Shown piece after piece: positions 12,420-26,338 of a DNA stretch of 64,000 nucleotides. Location: NCBI GenBank assembly GCA_013265495.1, contig MU057640.1:186001-250000 (forward strand), in the 5' to 3' direction. A program made the translations under genes and the position numbers. The stretch's first letter is position 1. Every line of letters begins with the position of its first letter. The notes beneath the pieces were generated by a model that was not told where the DNA came from, ran no database searches, and saw only the letters and a program-made list of their open reading frames with translations. This DNA is from Vicugna vicugna. Taxonomy: Eukaryota.

Positions 12420-15400
12420 GAAAACTACAAAATATTGCTAAGAGAAATTAAAGGTCAAAAGCAAAAATAGACAAAACAAACTTACAGTTACCAAAGAGGA
12501 AAGGGAGGAGGGAAGGGATAAATTAGGCATATGGGATTAACAGATACAGACTACTATATACAAAATAGATAAACAAGGATTTACTGTATAACACAGGAAA
12601 CTATATTCAATATCTTATAATAATCTATAATGGAAAATTAACTGAAAACTATATATATATAAAACTGAATCACTTTGCTGTACACCTGAAACTAACACAA
12701 TATTGTGAATCAACTATATTTCAATTTAGAAAAAACAAAAATAGACAAATGAGATATCAAACTTTAAAACTTCCATGCATCAAAGAAACAATCAACATAG
12801 TAAAAAGGCAACCACAAAATGGAAGAAAATATTCACAAGTTATATTTCTGATAATGGGTTAATATCCAGAATTCATAAAGAATCTTACAACTTGACAACA
12901 ACAACAACAACAAAATCTGATTTTTAAATGGGCAAAAGAATAAACATTTCTCTAAAGAATACATACAAATGGCTAACAAGCACAGAAAAACGCTCAATAT
13001 CACTAATCACTAGAGAAATTCAAAACTATAATGAGATACCATCTTACAACCGTCAGAATGACTACTACCAAAAAAACAAAATAAAAAGTATTAGTAAGGA
13101 TGCAGAGAAATCAGTACCCTTGTGCCCTGCTGGTGGGAATGTAAAATGGTGCAGAAGTATGCAGGTTTCTCAAAAATTTAAAAATAGAATTGTCATGTGA
13201 TCCAGCAACCCCATTTCCAGGTATATATTCAAAAGAATTGAAAGCAATGATCTCAAAGAGATATACACCCATGATCATTACAACATTATTCACAAGAAAT
13301 AGAAGAAATGCAAATGTCTATCAACAGATGGATAAAGGCAATGTGATATATTTGTACAATGGAAAATTATTCAGCCTCAAAAGAGAAGGAAATCTTGTCA
13401 CATGCTAAAACATGGATGAGCCCTGAGGACATTATACTGTAAAGTAAGCAAGTCACAAAAAGATAAATACCATATAATTCCACTTAATGTGACGTATCTA
13501 AAGTAGTCCAACTCAAAAAACCCAAAATGTAACAGTGGTTGCTATGGGCTGTGGGGAGGAGGAAATGAGGATTTTTTCTTCAGCAGGTATAGAGTATCAG
13601 TTTTCCAAGTCAAAAAAGTTCTAGAAATCTATTGCAGCACAATGTGAATATAGTTAATATTACTGAACTATATACTTGAAATGGTTAAGACGGTAGATTT
13701 AAAATTTTATGGTATGTCATTTACCACAATTAAAAAAATTTTAAGACCCAAATAAATGTAGAGATACACTGTTGTGTTCATAAATTGAAAGACTCAATAT
13801 TCTTAAGATGTCAGTTCTACCAACTCCCCCAACTGATCTATAGATTCAATGCAATCAGAATCAAATTCTAGCAGATTTTTTGTAGAAATGTTTATCAAAT
13901 TAATATGGAAATTAAGGACATCTAAAACAACTTTGAAAGCTGGGGAATTAAGGCTACTCGATTTCAAGATTTCTTATACAGTTACAGCAATAAAAAAAAA
14001 AAAACTGTAGTATTGGCAAAAACAGACAAAAAGCCCAAATAGAGAGCCCAGAAACAGCCTGACACTTATATGGACAACTGACTTTTGCCAAAGGTGCAAA
14101 GGCAATTTAGTGATGAAAGAATAGTCTTTTTCAACAAAATGATGTTAAAACAACTGTTTACCCAAATGGAGAAAAATGAACTTTGATCCATATCTCATAC
14201 CATATATAAAAAATTATACTCACTATACAGACCTAAATGTAAAACCTAAAACTATAAAGTTTCCAGAAGAAAGTAATGTAGGAAAAAAAACCTTCTGAGA
14301 ACTTAAGTAAAGATTTAGATACGACACCAAAAAAAAAAAAAGATTCACAAAAGGAAAAAGATAAAAGGGACTTCATCAATATTTAAATTAATCTATTTCT
14401 GTGCTCTTCAAAAAACACTGATAAAATAAAAAGGCATGCCATACACTGGGAGAAAATATTTGCAAATCAAATATATCATAGAAGACTTGTATCCAAAACA
14501 TATAAAGAACTCGCAAAACTCAGTAAGAAAACAAACAATCCAATTTAAAAACTGAGCAAGAAATGTGAATAGATACTTCACAAAAGATATTAGGAGGACA
14601 AGCACACGAAAAGATACTTAACATCATTATTCAGAGAAATGTAAATTAAAACCACAATGATACTAGTAAGGGTTAAAAAACTGAAAATACTGTACCAAGT
14701 GCTGATGAGGATATGGAGAAACATACACTTCTTGTGCAAAATTACACAACCAATTCGGAAAATTATCTTGAAAAGTTAAATACACACCTACCACATTGGA
14801 TCATATTCTACTCTTAGGTATTTACTCAAAATAAATGAAAGCATATGCCCATTCAAAGATCTGTATATGAATGTCCATAATAGCCTATTTGTGATAATCC
14901 AAAAGCAGAAACAATGCAAATATCCATCAATAAGTGAATGGATTTAAAAACTGTGGTATATCCATAAATGGAATACAGCACAGTAATAAAAAGGAATAAA
15001 CTACTGATGTATGCTATAACACTGATGAATCTTGAAATTAGGCTGAATGAAAGAAGCCAGACAAGAATATACACTGTATAATTTCATTTATATAAAATTC
15101 TAGGAAATGAAAATTAGAATACAGAGACAAAAATTTGATCAGTGGTTTCCTGCTATAATAGGGAATAGTTGGGGAGGGGCAGGAGGGAGAGATTAAGCAG
15201 AACCAGGAACCTTCTACAATTTTTTTATATATATATTTATCGAAGTAAAGTCAGTTTACAGTGTTGTGTCAATTTCTGGTGTACAGCATAATGCTTCAGT
15301 CATACATGAACATACATATATTTGTTTTCACATTCTAGAACTAGGAAATTTTTAGGGGTGATAGTTATGATCATTATCTTGACTGTGATAGTGGTTTCAA

Positions 15401-15490
15401 GGGTATACACAGATGTCAAAACTTATTAAATTCTATACTTTAAATATGCGCACCTCACTAATGCCAATTACATCTCAAAAAAGCTGTTTT
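12420..15490 (+). mobile_element. Nested cluster of L1 fragments (ORF2 3' portion and 3' UTRs of several ages)
   Basis: Degenerate ORF2 C-terminal translations (12928-13408: CPAGGNVKWC, DPATPFPGIYSKELK), L1 3' UTR motifs, and an internal TSD CAAAAATAGACAAA at 12462-12475/12736-12749. Confidence 0.88.
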
Positions 15491-15882
15491 TTGAAAAGTA
15501 TTTTTCTCAAAGAGGTATGTAGGTCCTTTGAAAATTGTCACATTAAGAAGGTGACCCTAGAACTACTGAGGGATTTCCAAAATGAAAAATCTTGGCTAAA
15601 TATTAGAATGATGACTTAGCATTATCTTTAATGCTAATTAAAACAAAGTTTTTTATTATGGAAAAAGTTAAAACAAATATTGTCAGAGTATATAATAAAG
15701 CCCAATGTGCACTTATTGTCTAATGGCTAGTATTCCATCTATTTTCCTAACCACTTTGCCCCCTACTATTATTTTGAGGCAAACTCAAACACATTTCCTT
15801 CATAAATATTTTAGTATATATTTCTAAAAGATGAGAACATAAAGGCCTTGTATGTGTGGCTTGGTAGCTCATTTCTCTTAAT

Positions 15883-16017
15883 TTTTTTCTCTTTTTTGGG
15901 GGAGAGTTTGGAGGGGGGAGGTAATTAGGTTTATTTATTTAATGGAGGTACTGGGGGTTGAACCCAGGACCTTGTGCATGCTAAACACATACTCTACCAC
16001 TGAGCTATACCCTCCCC
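15883..16017 (-). mobile_element. tRNA-derived SINE (camelid Vic-1 type)
   Basis: Minus strand GGGGAGGGTATAGCTCAGTGGTAGAG...GGTCCTGGGTTCAACCCCCAGTACCTCC (A and B boxes) followed by AAATAAATAAACCTAATTACCTCCCC and an A-rich tail. Confidence 0.85.
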
Positions 16018-17255
16018 TCAGTTTCTTAATTAAAAAAAAAAAACAAAACTTTATTTTTCAGAGCAGTTTTAGGTTCACAGCAAAACTGAGCCTTCCCTCC
16101 ATCAACATCCTACACCAGAGTGGGACATTTTTACAATCAGCAAATCTACACTGACATGTCATTATCACCCAGAGTCCATAGTTTACTTTAGGGTTCACTC
16201 TCGGTAGTGTACATTTTATGGGTTTTGAAAAGTGTGTAATAAATGCATCCACCATAGTACCATACAAAATAGTTTCACTGTCCTAAATATCCTCTGTGCT
16301 CTGCCTGTTTGTCCCCTCTCTTTTCCTTATACCTTGGCTACCACTGATCTTTTTACTGCCTGCAGTTTTGTCCTTAAAGGCTATTTTAAGTTTCAGAAAA
16401 ACCAGTGTTGTAGCCACTACAAACGATTTCATTTCAGCGGCAGAGGAAGGATTACTCACTATATAAATGTTGTAACTTTCAGGGAGGGTGGGGTCTTAAG
16501 GGAAGTGGTGAGCATGTGGGAAGTGAGTTCCTAAGAAGCCAGATTCCTCCTACACCATTAAGTCAGAGGCTTCATTTTAATTCTCTCACCCTCCTCCTTA
16601 CTTCAGAATCTGATGAAACTATAGGTCCAGCCACTGAAGGCACGTGGACCCTCAAGCAGGGAGAGTAGCTCTCAAACAGCAAAAATCGTGGAGGGATTTT
16701 TAATATACTGTAGCATCTGCCCTTTTTTCAGAACCTTGTTTTCTGCCTGCTCGCCCCTGTTTTTTAGTTTTATTTCTGTAATGAAAAGAAATGGTAAAAA
16801 TGAAAGTTTATAAATATTTTTGGAAGGTTATCTCAAAATTCTGTTACAAATAATGTTTCAATAAATATTTTTGTCTATATTTCCTGGCACTCTTATGTAA
16901 ATGTTTTTACAGGATAATCTAGAACTGGAAATGCCAGGTCAAAAGGTATGTGGACTTTCAGATTTAATTGCCACATTATCTCTAAAAGGCATGTGTATTT
17001 AGTAGACTCAACTGACAACTTGCTTCCAAATAAACACAAATTTAACTCCTGTGAACAACAAATGAGAATGCCTATTTCCCCATACCTTTAGTAGCAACGG
17101 GGATCAATCTTTGCTCACTGATAGGTGAAAAATGAAAGGTCTTCATTTCCATGTCTCTGATTATTAGTAAGTTTGATTAACTAGTGTTTTTTTTTAGTCT
17201 GTTATGATCATGATTAATCATAGACTGACTTTTGAGGAGGGGAGGGAGGAACCAA

Positions 17256-17379
17256 ATTTTTTTCTTTTTTTTTTTTTGGTGGGGGAGGTAATTAAGTTTT
17301 TTTTTTTTTCCTTTGCAGGAGGTACTGAGGATTGAACCCAGGACCTTTGCACTCTACCACTTGACCTATACCCTCCCCC
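17256..17379 (-). mobile_element. tRNA-derived SINE (Vic-1 type, internally deleted)
   Basis: Same head (GGGGGAGGGTATAGGTCAAGTGGTAGAGTGCAAAGGTCCTGGGTTCAATCC) and TAATTACCTCCCCC tail; anticodon-arm region missing. Confidence 0.8.
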
Positions 17380-18629
17380 AACTAGTCTCTTCATATATTT
17401 AATACATTTACTACCATTTATATTTCTTCTTCTTCCTTCATATACATATACTGTTTGTATCCTTTGGTAATACTGTTTCTGAGTTGTTCATGTCCCTTTT
17501 CACTTCATAAGAATTGTTTATATATTAAGATATATCTGTCATTAGGCATTATAAGCCTTTGCCCAGTTTGTTTTTTGACTTTGTTCATGGCAGTTTTTCC
17601 ATACTTAAGTTTATAATTTTGTATTGCTGAATATGAACTTAGATGACTTTACAAGGAAAACAACTTATTCTTACAACATCTTAAATTCTAGTGTTCTTCA
17701 ACATACACACAGGTACATAGTTATAGTGAACATTCACAAATATTGCACCCTATTTTTTTCATCAAATAGTATTTCATGCATACACTCCCATATAATAAGT
17801 CAACATGCCTAAAAATTTACATTGTATTCCATTATGTTGATAGATTTATAGTCTGCATATTATTTATTTACTTAAGATGCATATTGATTTATAAGAAAAA
17901 GTATCAATGCTGTAACACTTTATAGATACTGTTTGGATATCCACAATTAGAAATGTGAGGCTCCTGAGCCTGCACTGTAGGAAAAACTAAAGAGCAGCTT
18001 AACTGAAAAACTGGCAAGTTATGTGGAAAACTTGAAAATGTTTATTAATCATTCGCAATATGTTTCCAACAGCACGGAGAATTCCATCCAGCACCTGCCC
18101 AAGCTTTGTGATTAGCTGGAGTTAGAGCTTTAACCACTGCTCTATCATCAAGGAAGGCTGGAATTTCCCTGACAGGTTGCTACAACTGGTTAGAGATAAT
18201 AGTCAACATCTATGGTGCTGTTGTGTTAGGCCTGAACCTAGAGTTTGTTTTTTTGTTGTTGTGTGTTTTTTAAAAAACAAACTATTAAGATCTGTGCCAA
18301 AGATTTCTAACTTTACTTTCATTAGAAAACAAACATGTTTCTCTGGAAGTCCCCAAGATTTTAAGTTCTTTTTCTCCTACTTTCCTGTGACATAAATGGG
18401 AAAACAAATTCAATACTATAAACAGTACAACAACACTATCATCCAAAGGCTGACTGGACCTGTGGACCCAATTCATTTTAAATTTAGAGCACTCTTCATT
18501 TACTTTTTTTCTCAGGGCCCCAAGTACTTAATTACCACTTTCAATAGTTATATGTTAGCATTCCCTTTAATTTTATAGGATTTATCACACTTTAAAGAAG
18601 TGACCCCCCCACACACACAAACACACACA

Positions 18630-18747
18630 TATACACCCCAATGTTCACAGAATCACTATTTACAATAGCCAAGATATGGAAGCAACTTAAAAGTCCACTG
18701 ACAGATGACTGGATACAGAAGATGTGGTGTGTACGTACGTACGTGTG

Positions 18748-18784
<37 letters not shown>

Positions 18785-19236
18785 ATACTACTCAGCCATG
18801 AAAAAGAATAAAATAATGTCATTTGCAGCAACATGGCTGGACCTGGAGAGTGTCATACTAAGCGAAGTAAGTCACAGAAAGACAAATATTATGCAGTACC
18901 ACTATGTGGAATCTAAAAAAGTGACACAAATGAACTTATTTACAAAACAGAAACAGATTCACAGACACAGAAAATAAACATGGTTACCAGGGGGAAAGTG
19001 GGTAGGAAGGGATAAATTAGGAGTCTAAGATTTGAAGATACTAACTACTATATATATAAAATAGATAAACAACAAGTTTCTACTATATAGCACAGAGAGC
19101 TATATTCAATATCTTGTAATAACTTACAATGAAAAAGAATATGAAAAGGAATATATGCATGTATATGTATGACTAAAACTTTATGCTATACACCAGAAAT
19201 TGATACAACATTGTAAACTTCAGTAAAAAGAAAAAA
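18630..19236 (+). mobile_element. 5'-truncated L1 (ORF2 end and 3' UTR) containing a (CA)n microsatellite
   Basis: ORF 18705-18977 reads EYYSAMKKNKIMSFAATWLDLESVILSEVS (L1 ORF2 C-terminus); followed by L1 3' UTR and an A-rich end. Confidence 0.9.
18754..18781. repeat. (CA)n microsatellite
   Basis: Uninterrupted CA run preceded by (GTAC)3 and (GC)n. Confidence 0.95.
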
Positions 19237-22200
19237 CTTCTGGTTACAGCAAAACTTCTAGAAGAGAATTTATTTAGCAAATCACCTAATTTTACAGATG
19301 GGAAAAATGAGATAGTCACAAAATTAGCTAAATTAAACTAAACTTACACACAGCTACTTCAAATTACAAGTGGATCAAACTTAGTTCTTCCCTCTAAAGA
19401 ACGTGATTACATGTCACTCAGCCACAATCCCTAAATGCCAATTTATCAGCATTCTTGGATAACTTTTAATATCTGGTTACCCTCTTACTTCTTTCCCAGA
19501 CTCAAAGGATTGCCTCATGGTATGAGCCCAAGATGAGGGGTGCTCCTGAGCATGGAGGGAGATGCTGAGCAGAGGAAAGGAACAGAGCCCCCACTTCTTT
19601 ACAATGATCTTTGAATAGCCTGTAGGGAAGTTATTAACATCTCTCGCAGTTTCAAAAATATTTTTAAATGAATTTTCCTTTCTTTTTGTAATATCTAATG
19701 TAAAATAGCATGCTTGTGTATTCTAGAGGATATATTCACATAGGTAAGCACTTTAATAGAGTAGCTATTCAAAGGAGGGGAAGACAGAAGGAAAATCTGC
19801 TCATTTATGGTAAATGTCCTCAAAATGCAAGGCCCTAAAACTACACAATGTTTGTGACAGTATCTAGCAGAGTCCAACACACTGAAGACGCTCAGTATGA
19901 TCATTTCCTCTCCTGAGTTATATGGAAAGATTCAAACTTTCATATTTCTCAATTGCCTTTTGATTCCTCTAAACTATCCCTGAGAAAATAAAGAAATAAG
20001 CCTGATAAGGATTTTTTATGCCCGCAGAGGCTTGTCTTCTTGCACTTGTATTTAACAACTCCATTATTCAACAGCAGAAATAAAAGAGCTGCTTTCAGTT
20101 AATCTGCAAAAACACGTCTTCTATGTCCAATTTAAATTTGAACCTACCCCCATTTTTTCATAACCAGCCAGAGCATAACACTTGCACAATGGCTTCTTTA
20201 TAGCTAAAAAACTTAATGATGAGATTCTTTTCTTCTTTCTTTGGGATTTTTTTTAAAGCACACTGGTGCAAAATGAATACACAGACTTTGTATTTTTTTC
20301 TTCTCCAGTATTTTTTTTCATACAATATCTCCTTTCAGTATTACAACATTTTTCTGGGGTAAGACAGTGGAAGAACAGAAAGAACACTGGAGTGAGTATG
20401 AAATTAGAAACCATAGTTTAAAGTTTCAGGTCTGTCATTTAATTTTCTATGTTGTCTTGGACAACCATTTTAACTGGAATAGGGAATAATACCTATCCTG
20501 TAGTAACTGGAAAATATGAGGATATATACATAAGATCTCTGTAAGCTGTAGAAGGTATTTTTAAGGAGATAAACAAAAGATGAATTTATTTGACATCATA
20601 TTATCAATAGCAGAGTGAAAATTAACCAAATTAATTAGGCCTGAATTTCTAGACAGTGGTGCCCTATTAGATCTGGAAGGTACCACTGAGAACGTGAGGT
20701 CTAAGACTTGCTAAAATTAAACCAGGAACACATGGAACTATCAGTAACAATCCTGTGTCAACTATACCTCCTCTAGAGCACCCTTTTTTTCAATTTATCA
20801 ATCAGAGAGGTGTAGAAAAAAAAAAGGCAGGAAAGAAACACTATGAAAGCCCCACAAAATCTGAGTGTGAGGGATATGAACAACACTACACTAAGAGTGG
20901 ACAGCTCACTGTGTACTAAGCACTGTTCTTGGAGGGAGGCAGGTAAACAAATCACGTGTAAGTAGACAGTATGCTAGAAATATTGGTAAGTACTACGCAC
21001 GGGTAAAGCAGAGGAAGGGCACAGGGAGTGCCCGGTGGCACGGAAGGGAGCAGGAGCCGAGGAAGGCAAGGTTTCACTGATACGGTAACCTGAAGGAAGT
21101 GAAGGGAGCCATTGGAGAAGACTGGGACGATAACCCAGGTCCAGAAGCAGGACTGAGGAAGCAGCGAGGGAGGGAGAGGGTGGTAATAGATAACAGAGGG
21201 GGTGGGGAGGAAGGAAGGGAAGGTTAAAACCTCACAGAGCAGATTTTATTCTGAGATAAGATGTCTTTGGAGGGTTGGGACAGATGAGTGACATATAACT
21301 GTGTTTTGTTTTTTTTTTCCAAATTTGTTAGCTGTGGAATCATTTGTTCAAAGAGATCCACAGAAGATAAAGATGCAAAGCAGATAAAATAGGAGCTGCT
21401 CTGGTTAAGAAAGGGGCACCAAGAGACCCAACTAAGTCTGCTGTTTCCACTTTCCCTCTCCTTCCTCTGAAGTAACAGTCTGAAAATGAGTACAGTCTGT
21501 AGGCTTCAAACTTTCGAAGCCTGCATCCAAAGAACTTTATAATCCAGCCCAGCCTAACTTTTCAAAAGGCCACTCCTAGGGAACAGCAAAAAGTCAAGCT
21601 GTCAACACACAGCAGAGGAGCAGATGCGCTGCCAGAAAGATCAGTCTTTGCACCACCTCTTATGAACCAGGCACCCCCGCCGCCCCATCCCTCAGGTGCT
21701 CCCTTTCAGGGTTTCCTTTGATATTCATTTAAAATTTATTTCACTTGTTTAAAAATGTTCTAGCAATACAGTGTGAGCTGCCTCTGAAGATGTATCTACA
21801 GATTCAGCCTCCCCATCAGTTTACATTGTAGGAAAAATTTTTCTCCACAAGTGTTATTTCTTCTATCAGTAATGACCTCCCAGTTTGCTCTATTCCTATC
21901 CTACGCATCCATCAAAGTCTACTCTGTCAAGCCTTCCTCCCCACATTTTAACCCTTAGTTGGAATCCTATATATTTGGAGTGGGACAGGAACTTCCAGAC
22001 CACTTAGTGTTCCTGTTCACTGCTCATTCCATGAACTAGCCCTTTGCAGATTTGGCTGGTCCTCTTCTAGCCTCTGTAAGTGCTTTTAGTGACAAACACA
22101 TGCTAGCCCACAAGGCAGTCCATGCTCTTTCAGATGTACAGTTACTGTGAGAAAATTCTTTTTGTTGACGTAGAACCTGTTTCCTTCTTCCATTGGTTCT

Positions 22201-22281
22201 GCCCTTTGGTTCCAACAGAAAAGTCTGCCTCCTCCACTCCCTCCCCTCAGCCTGTATAGCTTACAACTGACCTTGTGTTTT

Positions 22282-22442
22282 TTTGGTTATTTTTTTTTTA
22301 TTTATTTTTGCTTATTTTTTATAGGGGGGTGGTAATTAGGTTTCTTTGTTTATTTACGGTTTTAGAGAAGGTAGTGGGAATTGAACCCAGGACCTTGTGC
22401 ATGCTAAGCATATGCTTTACCACTTGAGCTATACCCTCCCCC
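22282..22442 (-). mobile_element. tRNA-derived SINE (Vic-1 type) with 16-bp TSD
   Basis: A/B-box head and tail; TSD ACTGACCTTGTGTTTT at 22266-22281 and 22443-22458. Confidence 0.9.
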
Positions 22443-22891
22443 ACTGACCTTGTGTTTTCTGCCAACCTGGCTCAACCCTTAAAAATCCTACTGACTCCCC
22501 AGCCATCACACAGGCCATCTCTGGACTCTGCCTTCAATCTGTAATGATTAGCTAACACAGCGGCAGGCAGCTTTGGTCTGCGTGTAGTCAGTCAAGAGTC
22601 TCCATCCCTTGCGACGAATTACATCCCCTTTCTGATTCTCTCCTTCCATCTCTCCTAGGACTTCTACACTTAGCCTTGCATCCATCATTATGCATTCTGT
22701 CAATGAGCATTTACTGAGCACTGTTAAGAACCAGGCTAGGCACTGAAAAACTAAAAGTCAATAGCATGTACTCAGCCCATAGAAGAGTAAGAGCAAGACA
22801 TGCAAAATAACACCTGGGGAAGCTGGAGAAGTGTTCATTGGAGGAAGTGATGTCTGAGCCCGGGAGGAACTGTATCAACACCCAATGCTCA

Positions 22892-23245
<354 letters not shown>

Positions 23246-23303
23246 TTACAATGATACTTTTATCTTGAAACACTTTTATAAATTACTTTCAGCAAAAACA
23301 AAC

Positions 23304-23385
23304 CTTTCTTTCATGTGTTCTCGTCCAGGCCAAGCTTTCTACGGACCTCGCAGGCTGCTGTCACTTGCAGGCTCCCAGATTAGGT
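23304..23385 (-). other. PSEN1: PSEN1 non-coding exon 2 (82 nt)
   Basis: atttcag|ACCTAATCTGGGAGCCTGCAAGTGAC...ACACATGAAAGAAAG|gtttgt; separated from exon 3 by a 92-nt intron. Confidence 0.88.
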
Positions 23386-24870
23386 CTGAAATAGGATTTT
23401 ACCAGGTTACCCAGAGTTGGTCAAATCCTAGTAAATCCATTCACACCAATTAAATACTTTTAAGACTAATTTGTAAACCATATGTATACATTTGCCATGA
23501 CCTTCAACTGACAAACTTTTGTCGGCTCAAGATATGAGTAGATCTACCTGAGAAACCAGATACTTTCAATCACAAAGATATCTAATGATTTCAGATCCAC
23601 AGCAAAGGGAGCTGAATGATCTTAAAGAATGTTCTATCAACATTCCTTTTCAATGCTGACCAATCCAACCTAATTTTTATATCTCCATAAAATTATTTGC
23701 CTAGTGCTTTTGATTTTGCAGAATTTCTTTTTATCATCTCATTTTCTCCTTATCACAATGTCCCAAGGCAGGGTAAACAGGTAACATCTCTTTTACAAAA
23801 GCACAAGGGGACCCAAATTCAGTGACTTGCTCAAAAGTACACAATCGGGCAGACCAGGGCAAAAACTGCAGACTCCTGACTCCCAGCTTCTCCTCTGCAT
23901 CCTGGCACAGCCTTGTTTATGCATATCATCCTATCTCCCAGAGTCCACCCTCCTGGGGGGCCACACTCCCATTTGTCTGTCTACCTGAATTTATATCAGC
24001 TAATTCTTTGACTTCAATTTTCCCTTTCATTGAATGTCTCCAGAAATATAGAAGGAAAAAATCTGTTTGCATACCTAACCAGTATTCTAATTCACTTACA
24101 GTATCTAAAACATTACCACGTACATATTTAAATGAAAGCATTTTGCCAATGTTCTGTTTCATTTTCACTTTTAGCTTCAGGTAGAAGTACCCTCTAAATA
24201 TTCCTTTTTTTTTATTCTAATGATTTTTCATCAAAAACACATAAAGCAACTTTTTCCTCTAGGAAAGGTACTGGGTTCAAATTAACTCTTAATTGCCTAT
24301 ATTTGGATCATTCAAATCATGACAAATTTTTAATCAAGGTATGCTTTCCCTTCTACCCTACATGCTTTTATGTACCTGCCTACCTTTCTCCTCCTCTCCA
24401 ACTTTAGCCCAGTTAGCTGGACTAAGACGAGGGGATTGTAAACTGTTATTAACTACACAAGACAATTATGCGACCGTGTTTTAAATATAATGTAAATTTG
24501 TTTAAAAAATAAAGTAAATCAAAAATGCAAAGACAGACAATAGTTACTTTTACAGGGGTTACTCATTGGAAGGGGGTACACAGGAAGTTTTCGGGGTATT
24601 GGTAATGTTTCTTGATCTCGGTGCTGGATATACAGGGTGAGGTTTCAGTTTGTGAAAATTCACTGAGCTGTATACCTATGATCTGTGCACATTCCTAAAT
24701 ATTTCAATTTAATAATTCAAATGGATTTTTGTGGGAGTAAACCCACAAAAATATATTTAAGGTTTGGCAATATGTGTGTTAGCTTACCCAAAGAGAAGTG
24801 GATTCCAATAGAACAGTTATCTTTTCAAAGCACTGAAAGTAAATGTTCTGACCTATGCTTCCAGATTCTT

Positions 24871-24959
24871 TTTTTTTTAATGGAAGTGCTGCAGATTGAA
24901 CCCAGGACGTCGTGCATGCTAAGCATAGGTTCTACCACTGAGCAACTGCCCTCCCCCAA
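24871..24959 (-). mobile_element. tRNA-derived SINE (Vic-1 type, short tail) with 14-bp TSD
   Basis: TSD GCTTCCAGATTCTT at 24857-24870 and 24960-24973; head GGGGGAGGGCAGTTGCTCAGTGGTAGAACC...CCTGGGTTCAATC. Confidence 0.85.
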
Positions 24960-25956
24960 GCTTCCAGATTCTTAAAAGCTGACTAATTGAAAAATTAACA
25001 TTAATGTAGCATTTATGATCAGCAACAGAGCACATATTATTTTCTTCTTTTCCATAAAAACATTTAGTACAGCACCTACTACCTCAGCTAACCCAGAAAT
25101 GTCACAGGATGGTAAACAGAAAAAGCTGCAATTGGTAACCTCCACTGGCTGCTCTGACGATTATACCATGTCATTTAAAGGCTAGCTTTATTATAGAAAA
25201 ACCCTTAGAAATCTGTCATTAATATTCTTGTATGATCCCTCAGAAACAAAACAAGCAAGAGGCAAGAAAGGGCAATGCAGGCAAAAATAAAAAATAAAGT
25301 GCATTACATTTACAGGTAAAATATTAATAGAAGACAAATGATTACCCATTCACTAAATAGTTTACTGGCTATCTACTTGTATCAAAATCAAAGACAGACA
25401 TTGAGAGGATTTAATTAATTATGTTCACTCCACCCATTTTACAGATGAAAGCAATGTGGCACATAGAAGTTCATAAACTTGCCCAAGGTCACATCCAGCA
25501 AGTAAAGGAGCAAAGCAAAAACTCAGGTATCACAATATGTTGACTCTGTGTAAAACTTCATCCCTGCCTTCTAAGAGTTTACAACAGTGAGCATCAAGAA
25601 ACACTGGGCTGATTTTTATTACTAGTAAAACTACTGCTTAGAAGTAAATGAGATCTTTTTAAAAGAGTAATAAATGAGATCTTAGACTTCAATAACTGAA
25701 TTATAAATTAAAAACTGAAGTGCAAAAAGCATTCCTTATATAGTCATAGTATTTATTTATTTATTTTTTCAAATAAGCTATAATGAGAATCTGGTCATTT
25801 TAATTTAAGTAGTTTCCATTATTAGCCTTATGCTTACAGGATCTATTCAGCTATTACAAGAAACCACACAAACTGACTATCACACTGGAGCTTTCTCAGA
25901 CAAATCTTAAAAGAATCATCAATAATATAGCAGTCACTTCAGCATCTCCCAATACT

Positions 25957-26338
25957 ACAGTTGGCCCTCCTTATCCTAGGGTTCTACATACGTGACTGAA
26001 CCAATTACAGATCAAAAATATTTGACAAAATATTCCAGAAAGTTCCAAAAAATAAAACCTAAGTTTGCCTGGGTCAGCAAATATTTACATAGCATTTACA
26101 CTGCACTTAGCATGATTTACATATCATTTTCATTGTATTAGGCGTTATAAGTAATCTAGAGATGATTTAAAGTATACAGGAAGATGTGTGTAGATTATAT
26201 ACAAATACTATGCATTTTACACAAGGGACTTGAGCATCTGAAGATTTTGGTATCCACACAGGTGGGGGTTAGTGGGAGTCCTGGAACCACTTCTCTGCCC
26301 CCAAAGTCCCCCAATTCTGAATACTGAGGGATGACTGT
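25957..26338. mobile_element. TcMar-Tigger non-autonomous element, MER2-like
   Basis: Starts TACAGTTGGCCCTCC and ends GAGGGATGACTGT (imperfect inverted termini); internal TTATAAGTAATCTAGAGATGATTTAAAGTATAC.GGAAGATGTG motif. Confidence 0.75.

Noticed and set aside
15945..16017. tRNA-like sequences with A and B boxes (also at ~17.3, 22.4, 24.9 and 46.2 kb)
   Set aside because: They have SINE tails, TSDs and degenerate stems; retroposed SINEs rather than functional tRNA genes.
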